In this document: piece after piece, positions 1 through 10,277 of the stretch
Numbering within the stretch: position 1 is the first letter of the stretch
Layout: every line of letters begins with the position of its first letter
Made by a program: the position numbers and the translations under genes
Source of the DNA: Hormiphora californensis
Taxonomy: Eukaryota; Animalia; Ctenophora
DNA: 64,000 bases
Assembly: GCA_020137815.1 (NCBI GenBank)
Contig: CM035352.1
Span: forward strand, 8,742,001 to 8,806,000
Direction of reading: 5' to 3'
Notes under the pieces: model-generated
Seen by the model: the letters and a program-made list of their open reading frames with translations, nothing else
Told to the model about the DNA's origin: nothing
Databases searched by the model: none

Positions 1-516
1 CAAAAGCTAGAAGCGATACAAAGGTCGTTTACTGGAAAAATCGAAGGGCTCGAGGATCTGAACTACTGGGATCGTCTGAAGTCCCTTAGAATTTACTCAC
101 TTCAGAGGAGGCGAGAACGCTACAAGATTTTGTACCTTTGGAAGATGTCCAAAGGCCTGGTACCAAAATCACCCTACATCGTGTTCAAGCACTCACCAAG
201 GCGGGGATTAGTAGCAACAAGACGCCTTGGAAAGTCCAAGCTAAAAAGCGTCAATACACAGATCTACAACTCCTTTGCATCATCAGCAGTTGGCCTGTGG
301 AATATTATTCCTTCGACAGTCAAAGACCAATCGACGATCGAGAGAGCGAAATCAGAGCTTGATAAGTTCCTCTCTAAGATCCCTGACCTACCACCGACAC
401 GAAACTATACAACCCCGAACAATAACAGTTTACTGGATTGGATGGGGCAAGGCGCGGTCTGCAGTCCGTTAGCCTGATGTCGCTACGACCGAAGAATCTC
501 CAAGGTGACTCCAAGG

Positions 517-519
<3 letters not shown>
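1..519 (+). mobile_element. 3' end of a non-LTR retrotransposon (CR1/L2-group ORF2 C-terminus) with tandem tail
   Basis: Frame open from base 1: QKLEAIQRSFTGKIEGLEDLNYWDRLKSLRIYSLQRRRERYKILYLWK...LWNIIP...LDKFL, the typical post-RT C-terminal region of CR1/L2-group LINEs; stop at 477; tail (CTCCAAGGTGA)x2 at 498-519 runs directly into (CT)n. Confidence 0.85.

Positions 520-586
<67 letters not shown>
520..586. repeat. (CT)n microsatellite
   Basis: Direct reading. Confidence 0.97.
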
Positions 587-592
<6 letters not shown>

Positions 593-1118
593 GCATTGCT
601 TTGCACTCTTTCGTTTAAAAACTGCTCTCTCTTCAGCCATACCCATATAAGGGATAAACTGTCTCCGTACCTGTGCACCTCCTTGCTCTGTGTTGTACAA
701 TGACCGAATTTCAAGCAAATTTACTGGGACAAGTAAAATCCTCTACAAACTGTAATCTGACAAAATCAGTACTGGACGTGATATACGATCCAACCACTGG
801 GACTGTCTGTAAAGAGTGGTGGAATAGACCCAATGTGAAAGTGCCTCAACTCTCTAAGACAATTCAAACTATAAACGAGTTTATCAAGTATCGGTTTGTT
901 GGCAGGGCATTCCTCCAGACTGACAACAAAGATACAAAGAAACAACTTGGAGTGAAGATTACCAACTTCTTCACTATTAAGATCAATGACTGTAGGGCGT
1001 GCTCTCACCCAATTGAGGAACTCTCACTTAACCCGACAGTGTTTGTGTTCTGTGTTGCTTGTGGCGGACCTGCACATTTGAACTGCTACCCACAAATTGA
1101 CTATAGCCGGGGAATTGT
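587..1118 (+). mobile_element. Probable 5' end of a second LINE (ORF1 with PHD-like finger), truncated by the gap
   Basis: ORF from ATG ~700 with CRACSH...CVACGGPAHLNC (PHD-like spacing, common in CR1/L2-group ORF1); begins immediately after the (CT)n tract. Confidence 0.55.
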
Positions 1119-1218
1119 NNNNNNNNNNNNNNNNNNNNNNNNNNNNNNNNNNNNNNNNNNNNNNNNNNNNNNNNNNNNNNNNNNNNNNNNNNNNNNNNNN
1201 NNNNNNNNNNNNNNNNNN
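1119..1218. other. Assembly gap (100 N)
   Basis: Run of N. Confidence 0.99.
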
Positions 1219-1779
1219 TCTTTCGTCTAGCAACATGCTACATAGTAAACATGTGACTCATGGGGAAGAGGGAGGACTAGTGAGTCCTGCACAGCTGGTG
1301 CCATGTATTATTATGGCGACAATCTGGGCGGAGAGAGGGTGGGAGAGATAAAGATAGGGAAAGAGGAAGAGAGGGAGAGGGAGCCGAGAGGGATGATAGA
1401 TGCGAAAGTGAAATAGAAGAGCGATTTGAGGGGAGCATAAATAGTTTCGATGGCCTCGGTTCCTTGAACCAAATCGATTCGATTATTTAGTTCAGACCCG
1501 TTTCGTAAATTAATTTAGTACTTTGCACTTGCAGCAGCTTTTGTCGCAGCATTGCAGAACAAAATTTGATACCTTTGTTGCAGTTTAGTAGAAATTTTTG
1601 GGATGTTTTTAGGAATAAAATGACCTTAAAGATGTTAAATCTCGATGCGGCATTTAGGAGAAGTGCCGATGAAAAAAGTGATGAGAGGGGTTTTCACATA
1701 TTATGTACACCTCGCATGGGGTTTTTCCCATTAAAAACTTTCCTTTGCATTGTTAGTTAAAATTTAGCCCCTCCCATAT

Positions 1780-4700
1780 ATATTTAATCCCCATTTCTCC
1801 CCCCCCCTTCCCCCTTTTCGTCTCTTTTTTAAATCCCCATCCTCTCTTCTCCCCTGCCCATCCTCTCTTCTTCACTCCCCCATGTGTATAATATGCTCAC
1901 TGCTGGTTATAATGCCAAACCATAAAACGTTTGAATCACATGCCCCCTGCGCTCTTTCGATTAAATGTAGGCTTCATTGCTCTCCCCCACTTATAATCAC
2001 CCTCGCCCGTGTCTTCCCCCTCAACTTTAGTCTTTCTTGCATTTGTATCCCCCTTCCTCTCGAGCCCCTTCTTTTTGGCTATAAAGATCACTCCAGGTCT
2101 TTTAATTGTTCTTGTTTTCTCTTTTTTCGAATTTTATCTCTGCATTTTTCCGGTCTAATTCTCTACCCCTTTTCTCCCCTCAAAGCAAATTTAAACCCTG
2201 ATTGAGAAGAATAGAAATCTGATTAGATGTGATGGAGGTTTAAGGGGCTGGAGGGGGAGGGGGGGAAGGGGGAAAAAAAAAAAATTTTTTTTCCCCCCTT
2301 TTCCCCCTTTTGGGGAAAATGCCCCTTTTTATTTCCTTTTTACCCCCCCCCCCTTTTTTTACTTTTTTTTTTTAATTTGGGGGGGGTCCGTTTTTAGTGG
2401 TGGGTGTGGGGGCCCTCCGGAATTGTGTGCGACTTTCATGTGGGCTAGGGGGGGAGGGGAAAGAAAAGAAAACTGAGGGAGAGAGAGAGAGAGAGGGGTT
2501 TGAGTAAGAGAGAGAGATAAGGGGTTTTTTGAGTAAGGAGAGAGGGGAGAGGAAAGAGAAGAGGGGTTTGGTGGAGAGAGAGGGTTTTCAGATAAAATAG
2601 TTGTAGAAACTCTCTGCTTTCGAAAGTGTTTGCCCTCCCAAAATGTTTTTACCCGAGCAGTTACAAAAGTATTTGCTCTCCCTCTGTTTTAGCCTGCGCA
2701 GGGGTCCTTTCCCCCCTAAAAACAATGCCTCTCAACCCTTTCCCTTTTCCTGTCCTTTCCCAGCCCTTTTTCCGCCCCCCTTTTGGCAGTTTTTACATGT
2801 TCATGGCTAATATTACCGTAATTTTGTCATTTGTATTTGTCCAGGACATTTTTCAGTTTCATGGGGTGTAGGTGAAAGGGGGAAATCAGAAAAATCTTAC
2901 CGTCCCCTTTTTTTTAAAAAATTTTTATTTTTTGTCTGCAAAGTTTTTCCTTTTGTCACATATATTTTCCAGTTTTTCCCCCCCTATTCCTATTTCTCTC
3001 CCTTACCAGCTCTTCCCCCCTGTCCAGCTCTCTTCTCCCCCTGTCACTATACAGCTCAGTAATGTCGACACCACTGACAGTTCTCGTGTGTGTGGCATAT
3101 GTACTTCTTGAGCTGCTGTTATAGCAGAGGCCTTTACTCTCCTCTCAAAAGACCAAAAAATGTTGACTCATATACCCAGTACTTATAGTGTTGTCATAGC
3201 GTCCGAGAAATAGAGGCTGCAGGAGACACTATTTATAACGGGGAGGGGTAACAACAGGAGCTATAGGTTGTTGTTGCACCTGTATTACCATGTCTCTATT
3301 GTTATTCGTCTCCTTCATACCCCATAATATTATTATTTTGGGGGCTGCTCAGTTATGTTATTTTATTACAGTAGTGTCATGTCAACCAAGGGCAGAGATT
3401 ACTAATGTTGTTGTTATAATAGTAGTAGTAGTAGTCAATATTGGGGCTCTCTTTAGAGTGCTCATTGAGCAGTGAGCACTGCTGCAGAAGTAGTCGAGTT
3501 GCCACTATAATTGAATTTGAATTTGAGGACCGTCAATAGGAGTTGGTTGGAGAATATTCTTCAATATTCCCTGAGGCAAAGATACGATTTTTCGTCGCTA
3601 AGTCTAACGCTTGTCACCTTGTCCATTTATACAATGAATAGCTAGAACATATGGTGTCCATCTCTGCCCACTGACCACTTCTCTCGTAGTAACCGAGTTA
3701 GCCCCACTCATCATCTCTCTCTCTATCTCTCTCTTCTCCCGGTCTCGGTCTGTCTCCTTTATCCACTCGCATCTCGACTCTTCTCTCTATCTCTCTCGTG
3801 GCATGTACTCCCCTCTCTCTCTCGTCTCCCGGTCGTCTCATCCTGTTCTCCATCTCATCGTCATGTCCTCTCTCTCATCCTCATCTCTCTCTCCATCGGA
3901 CATCTCCGTCGTCCTGTCCGGCTCTCCTGCGTCGTTCGTCATATCGAGATCCGTACCTCGACTCTCTGTCTGTTACCTCCCACCTCCTGTTCTCTCGCTC
4001 CGTTCCTCTGACTCGGGTAGAGTCTCTCTCATCTAGCCTCATTATGCCATTCGTTCTCATCCTCCTCACTTCTGTCATCCCCTCCCCGTGATCCATTCTC
4101 TCTCTCTCTCCGCCCTCCCACCCCTCTCTCTCTCTGCGTCTCCACTAACCTTTCCCCCTTCGTCAGCTCCTCTTCGCTCTACTCTCTCTTCTCCGACTCG
4201 TCGCTCCTATCTCTAGTCGCTCGCTCTCTGTCTCGGCCTCCATTCGTCGTCCTGCCTCAGACATCTCATCTTCTCCTCATTAATCCTCAGCTCCAGTCCT
4301 CATCTTACGCATCACTCTCTCTCTCTCATCCCTCCTCGGCTACTCATCTCACTTCTCTCTCGATGAATCTTCGCCGCTCCTCTCCGTCGCTCCTCTCAAT
4401 CGCGTCTCCGTCTCTCTCCTCCTCGCATCTCTCAGGCTCCCTCTCTCTCGCTCTCCCCGCCAGCTCCCTGGTCCACTAATGAGTCCCTTCTTCTCCTCTC
4501 TCGGGCCCCCGTTTTTTCGTCTCCTCCTTCCTTCCCTCTCAGGCTCTTCCTCTATCTCAGTCTCCCCCCACGACAGTCACTCTGCTCGCGGCTCTCCTCG
4601 TCACTTCCAAGCGCCGCTGTCCCCCCTCTTCTCTCGCGACTTGGTTCGCCCGGGTCCCTTCTCTACTCTATAAACTCCTCTCCTCCTCTCCGCTCTATCG

Positions 4701-5473
4701 GCCACCCTCTCCCCCCCTCCTACCCGCTCTCCCCCTCTCAATTCGTCTCCGTTCTCCGGTTCCTAGGGCAAGACACAGCTAATTCGTCTCTCTCATTCCT
4801 CCAAACTTCTTCGCCTTCTCGGGTCCTCTTCTCTCTCAGCCTCCTTCTCCTCTTCTCTCCTCTCTTACTCTCTCTTCTCCGTCTCTCTCTCTCGATCTCG
4901 GGGTTCTCCCACTTCGTCTCTCCCTCTCCTCATGATTCCTCCACTCACTCTCCTCCTCTCTCGCTCTCCCCTCTCCCTCCCTATCTTCTCCCTCTCTTCT
5001 CCTCCTTCTCTCTCTCTCTTCTCTCACTCTCTCCTTCTCAGTCCTCTCTCCTCTCCTCCTCTCTCCTCTTCATTTTCATCTCTCTCTCTCTCTCTCCCAC
5101 CTCCATCTCCATATCGCTCTCCCAAGTCCTCGTCCTTCCCATCCTCAGCCACTACTCTCTCTCCTCCTGTCTTCCTCGTCTTCTCTCGTCGCTCCGTCGG
5201 CTTCTCTCGCTCCTCCTCTTCCTCTCTACCGTCTCTCCGCCCTCTCCGTCTCTCCTTCGTCTCTCCTCTCTCTCATGCTCTGCTCCTTCTCACTCTCTCT
5301 CTTCCTCCCCATCTCTCTCTCCAGCCTTCTCTCCTCTCCCTCCCTCTGCGTCAAAGTCACCACTTCGTCTCTCTTCTTTCTCCCGCGAGGGGGGCCTTCA
5401 TCCTCTCTCCTTCATTCTCTCCGCTTCTCTCTCTCTCACTCTCTCGTCTCCTCTATCTCATCCCATCTCTATA

Positions 5474-5520
<47 letters not shown>

Positions 5521-7705
5521 ACTCTCTCTCTCTCTCGCTCTATCTATCTCTCTATCCGTACATATGTAACACTATCTCATAATGCATCCGTAGCCATGTG
5601 TGCATAATATATGGAGCGGTCCCTTAGCTCAGCTACCGTCCTCTCTCAGCTCTCTCTTTCTCTCCCCCTCTCTCTCTCTGTCCCTCTCCTTCCCTGACTG
5701 ACCGTCGCCATCACCTATCTGAGATGAATTGCATATAATAGGGCGCTTCGAGTAGTAGGCCAGCTGTTCCATATATCAGCCCGAAATATGTAGCCCGCAT
5801 CTTCAGATCATGGCTCAGAATTAGTTTTAGGCCCTTCTTCTTTGTAATAGTGTCCATTGTGTCATCATGACATACCCAGCTGGTAGTTAGCTACGGTTGA
5901 GTAATTTCCAAAACTCTCATAATATTACCCATCCGTCCTTTTGTATATCACATCTCCCTCTCTCGCAAATTCCATCGCCGTCACAATTGAATTGCGAACG
6001 AACCCCACGGGCAACGAGATGCTATGTGTGTTTGCGAATACACATAAATTCATTCAAAAATGAATTCAATTAGGAACGTACCCGCTTTTTCCTTTAAAAT
6101 TATCTTATCCGACAGTTTTATACGTGTTAAACGGTTCAGTAGACTGTATTATGGAATGCATGGTCTACTTTCTTCAACTCCTCCTTTGCAAGTCATTTGT
6201 AACTGTAAAATTGCTTACTACAGATTCTTATTGCGCGTCGGATAGTGTGAGGCTGTGTGTATTGTTAAGGGTGGAGAGTAGTCACTTTTCCCAATGTGCG
6301 GCAGTGGACAGCGTTCAATCTGATCCTCTGCGGCTTGTGTAATACTCTTCTCCTTATAGACCTGCGCTCTACTGATAAGGTTCATTGTGCGCAGTATTCT
6401 CTTACGTCTGATGTTCATTGGATAAATTTATTTCCTGTCTCGTGTCGGGTATGTACTCTGTTTGAAAGTGGTCGTGGGATATGGTGTGGGATACAGTGTC
6501 TTTCTTTGGAATGGGGGCCTCCATCTCTGATACAACCAAGTGCCATAGAGGTATTATGTCGGTTGTGTTTGTCACTGCGGTATATTATATAGTGAGTAGC
6601 CTATTTTAGTTGTTGATGTCTCTTGCCGTAGTAAGTCAAGTATTGTTCCCCACATTTTTCTTTTTTGGGGACCAACTATAAAAATAGACCATTATATTCG
6701 TAGTTTCTCGCCAGTTCTCTCTCTCACCAGATGCATTCCGCACTACGGTCTTCCTAAGTACTGTCTATCTTGTGGTGCCCTTGTGTTTTTGCGGAGCGCT
6801 GCTTAAATTGTGAGTTGAAGTCGTGCAGTTGTACGATAAACAAATGTTAAGAGACAAGAATGAAGCTAGGGGTATTATCTCTGATAGAAGCCGTAACAGA
6901 GTACGGTTTAATATAAGATGTGGACGGGCACAAAACACTCATATCAGAACCCCGTTCTCTTTTTCGGGGGCTATAATATGCCCTGCCCTTTTTGTTTTTA
7001 GGCTAAAACAATAGATCTTTTCCTTTGTAGTAGTTGTTCGTCTTTTTTCCTCAGTATTCTACTTGTTATCTTCTCTCCTTCATCCCTCTCTCAACCCTAT
7101 TTATGCTCTCTCTTTTCCTTTCCTCTCTCTCTCACCCTAATCTATCTTTCTCTCTCTAGCTACAGCTCCTCCTTCTATCTTGTCTGCTCTGACACGTCGC
7201 TGCATGGTTGAAACTCGCATGTGACAGTGTTACTCCGCACCTGGAGCACTCGCGTAGCACTACACTCGCTCATCGCTCGTGTTTCATATGTGTCTGGAGG
7301 AGTACCTGCGTGCGACTTCGGTGCGCGAGAGAGAGGAAAAATGAGAGAGAGATAATGAGAGAGAAAAGATAGAGAATAAAAGAAAAGGAGTGGGTATAAC
7401 CTAGAAAAACAACGTCCCGTTTCTTATGGCCGAATTGGGTATCGCCTGACATTGTGGTGCTTCTATAATCTTCTCCCTTCCCCTCTCTTTCTCTCCTCTC
7501 TCCGCTCTCTCCCCTCTCTCTCTCCCCTCTCTGCCTTTTCCTCTTCTCTCTTCTCATCCCGTTGTTAATCTCTCCTCCTCTTCGTTTCAGGGCGAAAAAT
7601 ATGGTTCGCGCTACCTCTTTCTCTTCGTTGTACTCCCAGTCGTGCATCTCTCCCTACCTTCTCCCCTCTTTCTCTACTTCCTCCCCTCCCTCTCCTCTTT
7701 CCTCC

Positions 7706-7738
<33 letters not shown>

Positions 7739-7800
7739 GCGATTAGATTGTCTGTTTTCAGACTTCTTCTAGTCTATTCTTTTAATCTGACCTAGCCCAG
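1780..7800. other. Low-complexity, degenerate CT-rich sequence, probably low-accuracy gap fill
   Basis: Irregular homopolymers and broken (CT)n runs; ORFs are Ser/Leu/Pro-rich artefacts with no splice-consistent gene. Confidence 0.6.
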
Positions 7801-7947
7801 CTAGCTGCTATCTTTGTTAGCCTTATTCTTTTAAATATAACTCAAATTATTCAATCACTCGTAGCTCTTTTCTAGGGTCTTACCTACGTGCTACTTATCA
7901 TTTCTAAATCTGTATTCCCATTAAGCAAGTATAAAACTTGATGAACA

Positions 7948-9721
7948 ATGATTGGAGGATCCCTGATCCTGATAATACTGGTGGTGGTAGTGAAGGGAAC
8001 CTCTATGAGCCCATTTGTAATCCCACCTTCGGCTTCTGTTCTCAGTTCTATAACCAAACAAAGATACCCAACATGTTCGGACATACCAACTACACCTTTA
8101 TTCACGGTTAGTATTAGAACATGTACTGCATTGCATTTACAAAATGTGTCGTTATGGTCAGGTTTTTATTTCTGTTGTTTGAGATGGATCAGTTCTTTGC
8201 TTAATCAGATTTCTTATACAAAACTTATATTTTCAGAGACCCAGGAGAGTTATAAGGACCTGGCAGAGAGTGAATGTCACCCAAACATAGCCCTCCTGAT
8301 CTGCTCTACCCTCCACCCAGCGTGTACCCCAGGATTTGAGATCACCCTACCCTGTCATCACATGTGCCGACAAGTGCGGAACTCTTGTGAGCCCTTCCTC
8401 GCTAAAGTTGGACTACCATGGCCCTGGTATTTCAGCTGTAAGAATTTTCCCTCGGAGAAAGCGGGGTCGGTTTTGTGTGGATGAGAAATTCAGCGTGACG
8501 GATCTACAGAAAATACGCCCACCCGACCCACCGCCCGATGATAAGACATCTGAAAAAGAGGTTGAAACTGTGGAAGATACCATATCCAAAGTGGAGGAGA
8601 AGGAGGAGAGTGTCAAGATTGTCTACACAGAGAGGAATGAGATCGATAACTTTGGGTTAGAGCTGATGACCACTGCACCCCATGATCGAAGGGAGTTCCG
8701 AACCTACGAGGATTGTCCCGAACCCATCTTATTCCAGCCCCAGGAGCGGAATCTCAGCCGGATAGTGCTGATGGTAGGGAGTGGTGTTGCTATCTCTCTA
8801 TCCGTGATGTCCCTAGCGCTGGCGAGCGCTCAAGGGAAACTAGAGAAACCTGAACACATAATATCCATCCTGAACACCTGTTTCTTGATCCAGACAGTTG
8901 GATATTTCATCTCGGCCATTCTGCCTCAATCTGCCTTTGAGTGCTCCGTGGCAGAGACCCCAGGAGATCCCCGGTATCTCCGAATCAACACGCCCTCCTC
9001 CCTCTGCCTGCTGACCTTCTCCCTAACCTACGTCACCAACTTGGCAGCTAACTTGTGGTGGGTAACCATGAACCTCCTCTGGTTTCTAATGCTTGGCATG
9101 GCGTGGAGGAGGGAGAGCCTGTTTAATGTGTCCCGGTATCTTCACATTGTTATCGGGGCCCTGTCCCTCGGCCTCACCCTCACTGTAATACTAGTGGGAG
9201 CGGTCCAGGGAGATGATTTATCAGGGGCTTGCGTGGCTGGTGGGGTCAACTCTGATTACCTTGCCACCTATGAACTCACACCCTCCTGTGTGCTGTTAGC
9301 AGTCGGCACGGTAGTACTGTTGTGTGGTACCTGGACACTGGTTAAGGTTTCAAAGATTGACGGGGTAAAACAGGAGCTTCCTGTGAAAAGACTCAGAGAC
9401 ACTGCCATATTTTCCTATATGTACGTGGTAGTATCATCAGTTAAAATACTGGTGCAGTTTTATGAACTAGCATACCGGGATGAGTGGTATGCGAACTGTG
9501 ATCCGTCTGGGAGTGATCAGGAGATGATATCTAGTACGGTACAGAACTCTACAACCTGTGGTCCAGACAGTAGACTGTTTCTTGTAAAATACTCTTGTAA
9601 TCTGTTGTTACCGGCGTTAGTGGCCGGGTATGTGTTGTTGAGAGTGGTGGGTGTAAGGTTTGGACCCCTTGCTAAAACTTTTATTCCGATTAGGAGGTCT
9701 CCAAGCGAAACAAAAGTTTAA
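7948..9721 (+). CDS. Fzd: Frizzled family Wnt receptor; intron 8107-8236; apparent 1-nt frameshifts near ~8000 and ~8470
   Basis: Signal peptide MIGGSLILIILVVVVKG; CRD spread over two frames (ICNPTFGFCSQFYNQTKIPNMFGHTN | ECHPNIALLICSTLHPAC...PCHHMCRQVRNSCEP...WPWYFSC); 7TM with NLWWVTM..WFL..GMAW..E, YLH, GDDLSGAC, FLVKY; C-terminal ETKV. Confidence 0.92.
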
Positions 9722-10277
9722 AATTTCTGTGAGAAGAGCTTGGTGCTTTGAAATGCGCTGCAGCCCCCTCATAAACTCCTAGAGTGGCCTGCAGCGTATG
9801 CTAACTTGGTGCTATTACTTTTGTGGTCCATGTCAATTTGAGGAGAATCTGCGAAGAGTTTATGCTATCTAAATACATGTGTTCATTTTTATTAATTTCC
9901 ATAACTTTTTATCGAAGCCAACAAATTTGTTTGTCATTTGATTGACTTCCAATTCTAAAATTTCTAAACCACTGGGATAAGAAAAGATAAATAAATTACT
10001 GCAGCTTTTTGATACAATTTCATCTCCTGTCTTTGGACCCGGCAAATGAAGCTAGCCTTCAGTTCATTCCATTTCCATGATATATGATGAGCTAATCAGT
10101 AGTCATTGTTATTCACACAGTTTGTTGTTTGTGACCCACTCATCATCATTCACTGGGATTTATAGTAGCGTGGTGGCGACGGTGAAAGGGATCACTGTAT
10201 TCACTTGGTGACCCGTAACCCTTCGCATACCGGCAACCGGCAAGGGACATTGGACAAGTATCGAGCTACCAAAGTGT

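Noticed and set aside
3700-5700. Long Ser/Leu/Pro-rich or Arg/Glu-rich ORFs
   Set aside because: Products of degenerate (CT)n sequence, probably noisy gap fill
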